A stretch of 64,000 nucleotides of DNA, taken from assembly GCA_030754655.1 (NCBI GenBank), contig JASLZX010000003.1, forward strand, positions 15,449 to 79,448, written 5' to 3'. The DNA is from Candidatus Poseidoniia archaeon. Lineage in GTDB: Archaea > Thermoplasmatota > Poseidoniia > MGIII > CG-Epi1. Position numbers and translations under genes: made by a program. The first letter of the stretch is position 1. Each line of letters starts with the position of its first letter. The notes beneath the pieces are model-generated. The model saw only the letters and a program-made list of their open reading frames with translations, was not told the origin of the DNA and made no database searches. This document shows positions 9,950 through 19,415 of the stretch, one piece after another.

Positions 9950-11292
9950 AGAGCGGCACGGACACGCGAAAGCAGCTCCACAATCTCGTCGGCCGCAATC
10001 ACCAGCGGCAGCCGGAAACGGATTGAGTTGGCGCCGGACTTGAGCGCCATCACCTTCTGCGCTGCCAGCGAGGCCATCAGCGCGTCGCGCTCCCCCGCCG
10101 ACGGCAGCGTAAAAGCGATGAGGCTGCCGACACCGCGCACGTTGCTGAAGCCGCCGGTCTCGCGCGCCAGTGTGCGCAGCCCAGCCAGCAATTCGGCGCC
10201 CCGCACGGCGGCGTTCTCGCCGAGGCCTTCGGCCTCAATGATGTCGAGGAAACGCTGGCAGCGCACCATATCCGTCAGGTTGCCGCCGAAAGTGGAGTTG
10301 ATGCGGCCCGACATCTGAAAGACGTTGTCGGCAACTTCATCGATGCGCTCGGAGCAGTAGATGCCGCAAACCTGCGTCTTCTTGCCGAAGGCGACGATAT
10401 CGGGCGCGACGTCGTGGTGCTGCCAGAGCCACGGCTTGCCCGACCCCCAGAAGCCGGTCTGCACTTCGTCGTAAATCAGTAGCGCTTCGCGCGAGTCGGC
10501 GTAGCCGCGCAATGCCGCGAAGAATTCGGGGCGGAAGTGGTTGTCGCCGCCTTCGCCCTGCAGTGGCTCGAGCAGGATGGCGGCGATGCGGTCACCGTGC
10601 TGCGCGAAGGCGGCCTCGATTTCGGCGCAAGCGCGTGCTTCCTCGGCGGCGATGTCGTTGGCGACCTCGCCGTCGGGGCCGAACTCGATAGTCGGGTTGT
10701 GGACCCGCGGCCAGTCGAACTTGGGGAAGAGCCCGATTTTGTCGGGCACGGTATTGGTCAGCGAGAGGGTGTAGCCGCTGCGGCCGTGGAATGCATCGCG
10801 CAGGTGCAGGATTACGATGTCGTTTACGTCGGCCCCAAAGTCGGTGCGCCCCAGCTTGCGCGCCTTCCAGTCGAACGCCGTCTTGAGCGCGTTTTCGACC
10901 GCCAGCGCGCCGCCGGCGACCCAGAAGTGATACGGGAAGCCCGAGGGAGTGGCGCGGGTCGCGAACGCTTCGACGAAGCCGGCCATCTCCCGGGTGTAAA
11001 GGTCGGAATTAGCGGGGTTAGCGGTGGCGACCGCGCGCACTTTCGCGAGGAATTCCGGAGTCTGTAACATCGGGTGGTTGTAGCCCACCGGCCACGAGGC
11101 GAAGCAAGTGAAGCAGTCGAGGAATTCCGACTCGGTGCGCGCGTCGTAGAGCCAGGCGCCGTGCGACTGCTCCAAGTCTAGCACGACGTCGTAGCCGTCA
11201 ACCAGCTGGTGCCGCCGCAAAACTTCGTGGACGCTGGTCGCCGCGATACCGTGCGCGGCGGGTGTAGCGGTTCCGGACGACGACGCTTCCAT
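9946..11292 (-). CDS. class-III PLP-dependent aminotransferase (lysine/ornithine/DABA aminotransferase-like)
   Basis: Class-III aminotransferase fold features; FGKKTQVCG lysine region; about 450 aa. Confidence 0.7.
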   Translation of the reverse strand: MEASSSGTATPAAHGIAATSVHEVLRRHQLVDGYDVVLDLEQSHGAWLYDARTESEFLDCFTCFASWPVGYNHPMLQTPEFLAKVRAVATANPANSDLYTREMAGFVEAFATRATPSGFPYHFWVAGGALAVENALKTAFDWKARKLGRTDFGADVNDIVILHLRDAFHGRSGYTLSLTNTVPDKIGLFPKFDWPRVHNPTIEFGPDGEVANDIAAEEARACAEIEAAFAQHGDRIAAILLEPLQGEGGDNHFRPEFFAALRGYADSREALLIYDEVQTGFWGSGKPWLWQHHDVAPDIVAFGKKTQVCGIYCSERIDEVADNVFQMSGRINSTFGGNLTDMVRCQRFLDIIEAEGLGENAAVRGAELLAGLRTLARETGGFSNVRGVGSLIAFTLPSAGERDALMASLAAQKVMALKSGANSIRFRLPLVIAADEIVELLSRVRAAL

Positions 11293-11323
11293 TGCGACCG
11301 GCGCGGTGGAGGCCTGCTGCGGT

Positions 11324-11719
11324 TTAAGCCTGACGGCTGCGCAGCTTGCGCTCCAGCGCCGGCAGCTCCTCGACGCAGCTGATATCGCCGCGCGAAATCA
11401 GCGCCAGTTCGCGCCGCAGTTCCAGGTCGGGCTGCAGGTCGCTGGCGCGACCGAGTTCGGCAAGCTTGCGCGCCAGCCGGCCGCCGGTGCGGTCCCAGTC
11501 GGTCAGGATGGCGAAGCGGCCGCGCGACCCCAGTTGCGCAGCCAACCCCTCGACGGTCTGCAGCACAGAGTTTCCACTGTTGAGCGAAACCAGCTGCAGC
11601 TCGCAGAAGCGGGCCAGCGCGGCGATGTCGCGCTGACCCTCTATGATTACCGGTCCCGGGAATTCCTCAATTTTTTCGAGCCAGCGTTCCAGCGCCTCGA
11701 ACCGTTCGGCGTCGTTCAA
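11324..11719 (-). CDS. small Toprim-domain protein
   Basis: ILTDWDRTGGRLARKL resembles the Toprim DxD acidic motif; 131 aa. Confidence 0.5.
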   Translation of the reverse strand: MNDAERFEALERWLEKIEEFPGPVIIEGQRDIAALARFCELQLVSLNSGNSVLQTVEGLAAQLGSRGRFAILTDWDRTGGRLARKLAELGRASDLQPDLELRRELALISRGDISCVEELPALERKLRSRQA

Positions 11720-12030
11720 CGCAGCGCTCCCGCCAGGCGATTGGTCGCCTCATCGTACGGTAGCGGCAGTCGCACCTGCTTTGAGCGCGAGCGGTGGCCG
11801 CGCAGCAGTTCGGCGCTGCCGGGTTCGAGCCTTAGTTCGCGCTCGAGCAGCCTCAGCAGGGCACGGTTAGCGCGCCCGCTACTGGCGGGCGTGCTGACCC
11901 TGACCGTCAGCGCCCCGCGCCACTCGTCGAATTCCCCGAGCGCATCGCGGCTGGCGCCGGGGGCCACGTGCAGCGTGAGTAGCGTCCTGTCCTCACTCGC
12001 CTGGAGCGCAGCCCCGGCCATTGGCTCCAA
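11716..12030 (-). CDS. DUF167/YggU-family protein
   Basis: Size of about 100 aa and a LTxxV...GxANxALlxxLa pattern typical of DUF167; TTG/ATG start ambiguity. Confidence 0.55.
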   Translation of the reverse strand: MEPMAGAALQASEDRTLLTLHVAPGASRDALGEFDEWRGALTVRVSTPASSGRANRALLRLLERELRLEPGSAELLRGHRSRSKQVRLPLPYDEATNRLAGALR

Positions 12031-12783
12031 ATGGGCCGCGTCTATTTAGCCGGGCAGGAATGGGTCGTGGTGATTCAGGTCCAGGGGCTAACGCGCTACT
12101 ACGGAAAGTTGTGCGCGGTGCGCGACATCAGCTTCGAGATCCACCGCGGTGAAGTCTTCGGGCTGCTCGGGAGCAACGGCGCCGGGAAGTCAACGACCAT
12201 CAAGATGCTCTGCGGGCTGCTCAAGCCGACGCGCGGTAGCGTGAGCGTCGCGGGGGTGGACCTGGCGCGCAAACCGCTACAGGCGAAGGCGATGCTGGGG
12301 TATCTCCCTGAAAATCCCGTTCTGTACGACCGGCTGACCGGGATGGAAATGCTCGAGCTGGTCGGGGCGCTGCGCAAGCTCTCGCCCAAGCTGCTGCGGC
12401 AGCGTGCGAAATACTACAGCGAAGCGCTAGGCCTTGGCGGGCAGATGCAGTCCGAGGTCGGCACCTACTCAAAGGGAATGCGGCAGAAGCTGGCGATTGC
12501 GATGACGCTGGTGCATGACCCCGAAGTGGTGCTGCTCGACGAGCCGGCGGCCGGGCTCGACCCGCGCTATACGCGGCTGCTGAAGGAGTGGGTGCGCAAC
12601 CTCTCGCAGGGCGGCCATACAGTGCTGCTCTCGACTCACATCACTGAGATGGCCTCATCGCTCTGCGACCGTATTGCAGTCATCGACCATGGGCGGCTGC
12701 TCTCGGTCGGGACCGTACCGGAGCTGCTCAGCTCGACCTCGAGCCCCACGCTCGAGGACGCGTTCATCCGGCTTGTGGGCTAG
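12031..12783 (+). CDS. ABC transporter ATP-binding protein
   Basis: Walker A GSNGAGKST, ABC signature, Walker B LLDEP; no adjacent permease. Confidence 0.85.
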   Translation: MGRVYLAGQEWVVVIQVQGLTRYYGKLCAVRDISFEIHRGEVFGLLGSNGAGKSTTIKMLCGLLKPTRGSVSVAGVDLARKPLQAKAMLGYLPENPVLYDRLTGMEMLELVGALRKLSPKLLRQRAKYYSEALGLGGQMQSEVGTYSKGMRQKLAIAMTLVHDPEVVLLDEPAAGLDPRYTRLLKEWVRNLSQGGHTVLLSTHITEMASSLCDRIAVIDHGRLLSVGTVPELLSSTSSPTLEDAFIRLVG

Positions 12784-13331
12784 AACTCGAGCGCCGGATA
12801 TTCCCGCGCGGCTGCGCGCAGGATGCGCTGCGCCCACGCCAGCTTGCGTCGCTTGAGCCGACCGCGACTGCGTCCCGAGTAGGGGCCCACGGCATCGAAA
12901 CGGAAGCCTGCCAACCGCACGCGGCGCGCGCCCATGGCGAGCGCCGCCAGCACAGCGCGGTCACCATCGGTGAAGCCACCCCAGCAAGCCACCCCCACGG
13001 CAGGATGCCCCGCGGTCAGCGCCGCCGGCTGCAGCCGCGGCAGCCATTCGCCAAGCGCCGCCAGATTGTCGCCGTGACCGTGGATTACCAGCGCCGCGTC
13101 GCCGGCGAGGGCCCAGTGCAAGTCGTCGCGGTAGCCGTCCAGATCGCTCACCACCAGCGCCGGCACGCGCCCGCGCTCGCGGCAGGCACGCACCGCACCG
13201 TCGGCGGCGACCAGCGCGCCACGCGGAAGTGCTTCGCCCGGGCGCAGCCCCGCACCGACGATGACCACGCTGCGGCCCCGGAATTGCGGCAGCTCACCTG
13301 ACGGGCGGCCGAGTCGTTGCAGCAACCGCAA
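12780..13331 (-). CDS. DUF115-family protein (MptE-like archaeal 6-hydroxymethylpterin diphosphokinase candidate)
   Basis: About 180 aa, GxG nucleotide-binding-like start, VSDLDG acidic motif; family assignment tentative. Confidence 0.4.
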   Translation of the reverse strand: MRLLQRLGRPSGELPQFRGRSVVIVGAGLRPGEALPRGALVAADGAVRACRERGRVPALVVSDLDGYRDDLHWALAGDAALVIHGHGDNLAALGEWLPRLQPAALTAGHPAVGVACWGGFTDGDRAVLAALAMGARRVRLAGFRFDAVGPYSGRSRGRLKRRKLAWAQRILRAAAREYPALEF

Positions 13332-13408
13332 GGCTACCGCTTCGCGTCGCGGATCGTGGCCAAACTCACGTTCAAGGCGCGCCTGCAGCGGCCACCACCA
13401 CTCCAGGT

Positions 13409-16400
13409 TCAGAGCGGGTTGCCGTCTTCGTTGCAGGGAACTTCTTCGCCCGAGTCGGGGTCGATGTAGTAGAAGGAACCGTCCTCGTCCTCGTAGATTT
13501 CGACCTCATACTCTTCTTCGTCGTCGCCTACTTCGTCGTCGTAGTCGTCAGCGAAGCCGAAGTCGTCGTCAGAGGAAACCGCGGCACCGCTAGCACTCAG
13601 GAGGTCCATCAGACTGGTCTCCTCCCGCGCCTCCTCGCGCGCAGTGCGGACAGACTCGATAGCCTCAATCTTACGCTGGGTTGACTCGTATGCCTTGGTA
13701 ATCTCGGTAAGCTTGGAGAACTGCTCATCGCGCTCCATCTTGAGCACGTACGCCAGCTGTTCCTCAATCTGCCCCAGTTCGGTGCGGGTGTCGACCAGTC
13801 TGGTCAGCGTACCGTGGAACCGCTCGGCGAGCAATTCCATGTCGGGGTCGGCCATGTCAAGCTCGAGCTGTTCCGCTGCCGCGGTTTCGGCTGCCTCGGC
13901 AGCCTCCAGTTCGGCTAGCCGCTCGGTGGCGGCAATCTGCTGGGCCTTGACCAGTATTTCGTTGAAGGCCGAAAGGTGGGCCTCCAGCTTGGTCGCGACG
14001 CGAGATGCGTCGTAAGCTGCTACCTCGAGCAGTTCCTCGCGACCCTTGGAGGTCTCAAGGCTCTGTTCGACTTCTGCCAGACGTGCTCTTTCTTGCTTGT
14101 TCATGCTTTCACCAGTAAATCCGCTCGTGCGGACGTTATACGCTGCGGCGGCCATTAGCAGACCCAAAACCAGTCCGCCCACCAGAACGATGAAGCTGCG
14201 GTTCCAGTTGTCTGCCACCATTACACTCTGGGCTTCCGCCACCACTACTTCCTGAGCCACAGTGGTAGTCACCGCACCAGAGTTGTCAACTGCGGTGACC
14301 TGCACCTGATAGGTGCCGGGCGCCGCATAGGCGTGCTTCAGGTTCAGCGTGCTCTGATCAGTCAGGTCACTGCCACTGAAGGAAATTTGCGAGCCATCGC
14401 CGAAGTCGACCACCAACATCGCGATGCTGCCGTCGCCATCGGTCGGGACTGCCAGGACAAACTCGACTGTGTGCTCCTCGACCACGCTGACGGTGTTGCC
14501 GTCAATCGTGATGCCCTCATCCACACTCACCGAGGGTGCCGGGACCAAGGGTGCGCTGTTAGCGGCAGTTACCGGCGCGCTAAAGCTCGTGACCTGTCCG
14601 AGGCTGTCGGTTGCGACTAACGAGATGGTGTAGTCGCCTGCCATATCGTAGGTGTGGTCCTGCGAGGCGCCGCCGTCAACAATGCTGGCTCCGTCACCGA
14701 AGTCCCAGTCAATCGTCAGTCCCGCTGCGGCGTCGCTCAGCGCAAAGATGTGCGCGGAGCCGGCCATGGTGCCGCCCGTGCTGAGCGACCAGCCGGAGAT
14801 GTCCTGCGGCAGGTTGGGGGTAATCGAGATGGTCTGCGAAGCGCCAGTACCGTCAATCGACGGCGTGACTGTGAAACCGGCGGAGCTCGCCGCGGTCGCG
14901 CCAGCCGGGACCATGACGGTCAACAGGACCGTCTGGAAACCGCTCTTGTCGATGCGGAAGCTGGTTGTCGAGAAACGCAGGTTGTCGTGGCCCGCAGTGA
15001 CGACTATGGTGTAGTCGGTCGCGACGCTGCCGGTATTGGTCACTGTAACAACCGTGGTCGCCGAAGTTCCGGGGTTGAGCTGGAAGCTGTCATCAGCCGC
15101 GCTCACGCCTGCGCTCCGCGCATCACTGGAGATGTCGATTGTCGCGCTTGCGCTGTCATCGTCAGTTGCAGTCGATATAGAGTAACTGCCACCAGCCGGA
15201 GTATCTTCGGGGACATTAATCCAGACGCGGAAGTCGAAGCTGGCGCCGGCTTCGAGTATGTCGGTGGAGGTGGTGTTCAGCACTGCCCAGCCGTTAGCCT
15301 CACTGTTGCCGCTGATACCAAAGGAGTAGGTTGCGTCACCGTTACCGGTGTTGGTGACGGTGCCGGAAATCTGGAAGGAGTCGCCCGGATACGCTGCGGA
15401 AACCGTGCCGAGCGTTATGCTCGAGCCAGTCACCAGCCCGGCGCTGCTGTCGGCCGAGTCGCTGTCGGAAGCGCCGCCGGTCGCGGTGAGCGTTACCGTG
15501 TCGCCCGCACCGTGCGCTGCGCCTGCGGGGACGTCGTGCGTGACCGTAACTAGCCGCACCTCGCCCATGCCGAGGCTCATCCCGCTGGAGGAAGCAGATG
15601 AGGACCAGCTTCCACTGGTTGAAATTACGAACGTGTTATCGTAGTTACCGGTGTTCTGCACCGTGAAGGTGTGGATCGTGGAACTGCCCGGTGCGCCTTC
15701 CTGCGTGCTGGAAACTGCGGTGACTGCGACGTCCTGCACTAGCCCGACTGAATAAATCATGCTGTGCGCATCGGTCGCGGTGCCGTCGTTCTGCGACGCG
15801 ATATCGACGTCAATCTGGTTCGGAACACCGTAGGCCAAGAAGGGGACGCTGAGCGTCAGGTCGAAGGTGGCTGAGCTGTCGTAGGCTACGTCAACCGTCG
15901 CCGGGAAGCTCAGGTCCCAGCTCGCGAAGTTGCTGGCACCGATGGTGTAGGTGTCATCGGCGTTGCCGCTGTTGGTAATCGTGAAGGTGATTGTGCGGTC
16001 GCCCGGCGCGCCCGAGGTATCTGCCGGATCGTCTAGGTCTGCGCCGCCGACATAGTCGACGAAGAAGCTCGCTGTCCCGGCGTCGCCGGTTGCGGGCGCA
16101 CCGACACTGTCGGTGGCACTGAAGGTAACAGTGCGAGTGCCACCACGGTCAATGAGGTCTAACAGGTCAAGCGTGGCTGAATAGGTACCATCACTGTTGT
16201 CGTTGAGCGTGAGGGTTCCATAGTGCTGGAGGTCGGCCGAAACTGTAAGTGAATCCCCATCGTCCTCGTTAATGTCACTGGCGCTGGCAGTGAAGGTGTA
16301 GGTGTCACCGGCACGTTCTACAGTCCCGTTGGCCGTGAAGGCCGGCGCGTCGTTGACCGCAATCGAGCCGCCCGAAAGCTGTGCGGCGTCGTTGGCACCA

Positions 16401-17884
16401 TTGTTGGCGTCGAAAGCCACGGAATGGGTGCCCCAAGCCATGGTGCCGGTGTAGGCATATTCGGCGCCAGCGGCGTCAGCCGGGCTCTCCGAGGCGTTGG
16501 TGCGTGAGAGCGAGAAGAAATTGCTGCCGACCGTCACGCTGATGGTTGAGGCGTTGGTGCCGTTGTACTCGTGGTAGCGGACCGAGAAGTTGAAGTTGTC
16601 GTTCTCGCCGCCGCTGGCTGGCGAAACTGCCGCGTCGGTCAGCCACGGAATATCGGTGCGGACCCAGACTGAGCCGGCGACCGCGTTGGAATCATCCATG
16701 CTGTCGTTCGAACTGGCAGCGAACACCGTCTTACCAGCTGCGAATACCTGGCTGTGCTCGTACTGCTTACCGTCGGTGTAGTCACCATCGTTTGGGTCGG
16801 AGGCGAACATCGGTACTGCGGTGCCGTCACAGCCATCGCTCAGGTCGTCGTCGCCGACGCAGAGCGTTATCGCACTGGGTGCCTGGTCGTTAGCGTCGGT
16901 ATAGGTGACGGTAACCGTGGCGGGGTCTACTGGTAGTGGTACCGTTGAGGGTGTTGCCGTAATAGAGCTCAGGACCGGTTCGTCATTAACGCGAGGGCCA
17001 TCGTAGGTATCGGAGGTTGCGTCGTCCTCCCCGTCAGAACTGGTGAAGTAGTAGGTGTGCATCCCGAGGCCAATATCTCCCGCTAGGGTGAAGGCGTACT
17101 CGTAATTCTCGCCATTGGTGTAATCACCATCGTTGCTGCTGGAGGAAGTCATTGGGTATCCGGTATCATCGACAAAGAGGAGTACCTCACTGGGAGCGTC
17201 GCCGTCAAGGTCGGTGTAGGTGACCTGGAAACCCACCGTGTCACTCGCGGAGATAGGCCAGTTGGCTTCTCCCGGGGAAACTTGGCCGTCCGTGAGAGTC
17301 GGGGCGCGGTTCTGCTGGACCAGCGGGCGGCTCAGGTCCCATGCTTCCTCGTCTCCGACCTGACACTCCTCCGTGCCATCGAGCCAGATACAGCTCATGC
17401 TGGCTATGTAGAAGGTGACGTCCCCATGGTAGTCTGAGGGTGCCCAAACAAACTCCCACGACAAAGATTCGTCTCCGTCATCTTCGGAGTTGCTCATGAT
17501 GTAGTCGTAACCATCCGAAGCGGTAACGAGGGTTATATCGCCCACCTCAATCGAGAAATTGCCGACTGAGTCGCCATTACCGTTGATAACCACCATCTCA
17601 AAACCGAACTTGTCGTGACCGCTGCCACTCACAGTTACGTCGATGTCTACGTCCTCGCCGGGCACGTACTCTGCAACGCTGAGCGTTACGTCCAGCGAAC
17701 TCTCACCATCGTTGGGATTAGCGTCGGTGTGGCATGACGTGCAGTCATTATCACCTGGCGCGCTGGAATAGCCTGGGTCAATATCTCCGCCCTGATGTCC
17801 CTGCGCATAACCTGCAGCGATGACGGCTATCACCGTCACAATCAGGATACCTGCCAATAGTTGTTCCGGCCGACGTGTCAGCAT
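13409..17884 (-). CDS. giant type-I membrane surface protein with multiple PKD/Ig-like domains, single TM, cytoplasmic coiled-coil and poly-acidic C-terminal tail
   Basis: N-terminal signal anchor (MLTRRPEQLLAGILIVTVIAVIAAG), PKD signatures (WDFGDG...HTY, VDFGDGS...HAY), TM LVGGLVLGLLMAAAAY, then heptad-like E/A/L-rich segment and DDDFGFADDYDDEVGDDEEEYEVEIYEDEDG tail. Confidence 0.8.
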   Translation of the reverse strand: MLTRRPEQLLAGILIVTVIAVIAAGYAQGHQGGDIDPGYSSAPGDNDCTSCHTDANPNDGESSLDVTLSVAEYVPGEDVDIDVTVSGSGHDKFGFEMVVINGNGDSVGNFSIEVGDITLVTASDGYDYIMSNSEDDGDESLSWEFVWAPSDYHGDVTFYIASMSCIWLDGTEECQVGDEEAWDLSRPLVQQNRAPTLTDGQVSPGEANWPISASDTVGFQVTYTDLDGDAPSEVLLFVDDTGYPMTSSSSNDGDYTNGENYEYAFTLAGDIGLGMHTYYFTSSDGEDDATSDTYDGPRVNDEPVLSSITATPSTVPLPVDPATVTVTYTDANDQAPSAITLCVGDDDLSDGCDGTAVPMFASDPNDGDYTDGKQYEHSQVFAAGKTVFAASSNDSMDDSNAVAGSVWVRTDIPWLTDAAVSPASGGENDNFNFSVRYHEYNGTNASTISVTVGSNFFSLSRTNASESPADAAGAEYAYTGTMAWGTHSVAFDANNGANDAAQLSGGSIAVNDAPAFTANGTVERAGDTYTFTASASDINEDDGDSLTVSADLQHYGTLTLNDNSDGTYSATLDLLDLIDRGGTRTVTFSATDSVGAPATGDAGTASFFVDYVGGADLDDPADTSGAPGDRTITFTITNSGNADDTYTIGASNFASWDLSFPATVDVAYDSSATFDLTLSVPFLAYGVPNQIDVDIASQNDGTATDAHSMIYSVGLVQDVAVTAVSSTQEGAPGSSTIHTFTVQNTGNYDNTFVISTSGSWSSSASSSGMSLGMGEVRLVTVTHDVPAGAAHGAGDTVTLTATGGASDSDSADSSAGLVTGSSITLGTVSAAYPGDSFQISGTVTNTGNGDATYSFGISGNSEANGWAVLNTTSTDILEAGASFDFRVWINVPEDTPAGGSYSISTATDDDSASATIDISSDARSAGVSAADDSFQLNPGTSATTVVTVTNTGSVATDYTIVVTAGHDNLRFSTTSFRIDKSGFQTVLLTVMVPAGATAASSAGFTVTPSIDGTGASQTISITPNLPQDISGWSLSTGGTMAGSAHIFALSDAAAGLTIDWDFGDGASIVDGGASQDHTYDMAGDYTISLVATDSLGQVTSFSAPVTAANSAPLVPAPSVSVDEGITIDGNTVSVVEEHTVEFVLAVPTDGDGSIAMLVVDFGDGSQISFSGSDLTDQSTLNLKHAYAAPGTYQVQVTAVDNSGAVTTTVAQEVVVAEAQSVMVADNWNRSFIVLVGGLVLGLLMAAAAYNVRTSGFTGESMNKQERARLAEVEQSLETSKGREELLEVAAYDASRVATKLEAHLSAFNEILVKAQQIAATERLAELEAAEAAETAAAEQLELDMADPDMELLAERFHGTLTRLVDTRTELGQIEEQLAYVLKMERDEQFSKLTEITKAYESTQRKIEAIESVRTAREEAREETSLMDLLSASGAAVSSDDDFGFADDYDDEVGDDEEEYEVEIYEDEDGSFYYIDPDSGEEVPCNEDGNPL

Positions 17885-17965
17885 ATTTACACCTTTTTTG
17901 CGTGAGACTGAAGTCCTCCGTAATGGGCGGACTGACCTCTCTCGTAGCGCCTTCATACCCAAGGA

Positions 17966-17981
17966 CTTTATTTAAATTTAC
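17966..17981. promoter_or_regulatory. AT-rich element (CTTTATTTAAATTTAC) in a divergent intergenic region, candidate TATA/BRE
   Basis: Only strongly AT-rich stretch between the divergent giant PKD gene (-) and PQQ/TPR gene (+). Confidence 0.25.
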
Positions 17982-18066
17982 TTGTTCGGTAAAGCGCCTT
18001 CCCGGCGTGCAGGAAAACAGGTGGCGGGGCAAGCGGATAAATAGCTCAGGGCTTGCGCCGCCGCCC

Positions 18067-19413
18067 ATGCCCGAAACGTCCCGATTCCGGCTGGTCCTGC
18101 CCGGTCCGGCCCTCAGCCTGGCGGTCGCCGCCGATGGCTCGACCATCGTTGCGGGGGACCGCAATGGAAACCTCACCGTCTCGGACGGGGAGGGAGCGCT
18201 GCTATGGCAACGCAAGCTGGGCGAAGGCATCCACGGCGTCGCAGTCTCGCGCGACGGGCAGCTGATTGTGTGCGGTAGCCAGGACTGCCAGCTGCGGACG
18301 TTCACCCGCGCGGGGGAGCTCGAGTGGGAACAGCCACTTGGCAAGTCGGTCTGGTCTTTAGCGATGGACCCCGGCGGCAACTTCATCGCCACCGGCACCG
18401 GCGACTCGGTCGCGTTCTACACCGATGGCGGCATCCTGGTCTGGGAGTACGAAACCGCGCGCGCGATGGTCGGCGTCAGTGTCTCGCGCGCCGGGTCGCG
18501 AATTATCGCCTGCGGGGACGAGCAGCTCTTCTGCCTCGATGGCGAGGGAGCCTTGCTGTGGCAGAAGAAGCGTGGCGACTCGCTGTGGGACGCCGCCATC
18601 AGCGAGGATGGCGGGCGCGTCTTCCTCGGCGGCTGGGACCGCAAGGTGCACTGCCTCGACGGCAGCGGCGAGGAGCGCTGGGAATACCTGACTGACGGTT
18701 ACGTGCGCGCAGTCTGCCCGACCACCGACGGCGGGGTGCTGGCCGCCTCGCACGACGGCTGCATCTACCGGCTCTCGCCGGCGGGCGACGCGCTGGCAGT
18801 GCGGCGGCCGGGCGGCGAGCTTACCTCGGTGAGCTGCAGCGCGAGCCTCGCGCTGGCGGTCGCCGGCACCGGCACCGACGTGGTCGCCTACCAGATGGAC
18901 ATAACCGACACGGTCGTGCCGGCGGCGACGCCAGCTCCCGCAGCGGAGCCCGAGGAGGATAACCTGTTCGGCTTCGGCATGTTCGGCGACATCGAGCCCG
19001 ACACCAGCGGGCTAGGCAACTACGAGCCCGGCACCGCCACGCCACCCGTAACCGGCACAGCGGGCGAGGGCGGCGAATTCCGCGAATTCGCCGCCGAGAT
19101 GGTGAAGGAGGACGTGCGCAACTACCTGCGGCTCGGGAACGTCGCCTGGCGGGGGGGCCGCTTCGCGCGCGCAGCCGAGCATTACGAGCGCGCAACGCAG
19201 GTCGCGCCGGACGAACCGCGCGGCTGGCACAACCTGGCGGTCTGCCGCTACTACCTCGCGCGCAAGTCCAACCCGGACGATATCGAGGGAGCGGTGCGAC
19301 AAGCGTACGAGCCGCTGCGCAGCGCCAACCGCAGCGACGCGCAGTACGGACCGGCGCTGGCAACGCTCGAATATTTTGCCGAGCTGTTGAAGCTGCTAGA
19401 GGATATCGAGTAA
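18067..19413 (+). CDS. PQQ-like beta-propeller repeat protein with C-terminal TPR-like region
   Basis: Repeated G-x-L-W / DG-x-L-xx-D motifs characteristic of PQQ/BamB-like propeller blades; ATG at 18067 chosen to avoid overlap with the divergent gene. Confidence 0.65.
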   Translation: MPETSRFRLVLPGPALSLAVAADGSTIVAGDRNGNLTVSDGEGALLWQRKLGEGIHGVAVSRDGQLIVCGSQDCQLRTFTRAGELEWEQPLGKSVWSLAMDPGGNFIATGTGDSVAFYTDGGILVWEYETARAMVGVSVSRAGSRIIACGDEQLFCLDGEGALLWQKKRGDSLWDAAISEDGGRVFLGGWDRKVHCLDGSGEERWEYLTDGYVRAVCPTTDGGVLAASHDGCIYRLSPAGDALAVRRPGGELTSVSCSASLALAVAGTGTDVVAYQMDITDTVVPAATPAPAAEPEEDNLFGFGMFGDIEPDTSGLGNYEPGTATPPVTGTAGEGGEFREFAAEMVKEDVRNYLRLGNVAWRGGRFARAAEHYERATQVAPDEPRGWHNLAVCRYYLARKSNPDDIEGAVRQAYEPLRSANRSDAQYGPALATLEYFAELLKLLEDIE

Positions 19414-19415
19414 TT

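Noticed and set aside
11306-12049. 247-aa plus-strand ORF spanning the Toprim/DUF167 region
   Set aside because: Low-complexity Ser/Leu/Ala-rich product; the two minus-strand ORFs carry recognisable domain motifs and overlap by 4 nt in operon fashion.
12031-12783. ABC ATPase as part of a toxin/defence or transporter operon
   Set aside because: No permease, substrate-binding protein or defence-associated partner adjacent. Kept as an orphan ABC ATPase.
13409-17962. Possible DNA-level tandem repeats or CRISPR-like periodicity in the giant genes
   Set aside because: Repetition is at the protein-domain level (divergent PKD/Ig repeats). No identical direct repeats with unique spacers were seen anywhere in the window.
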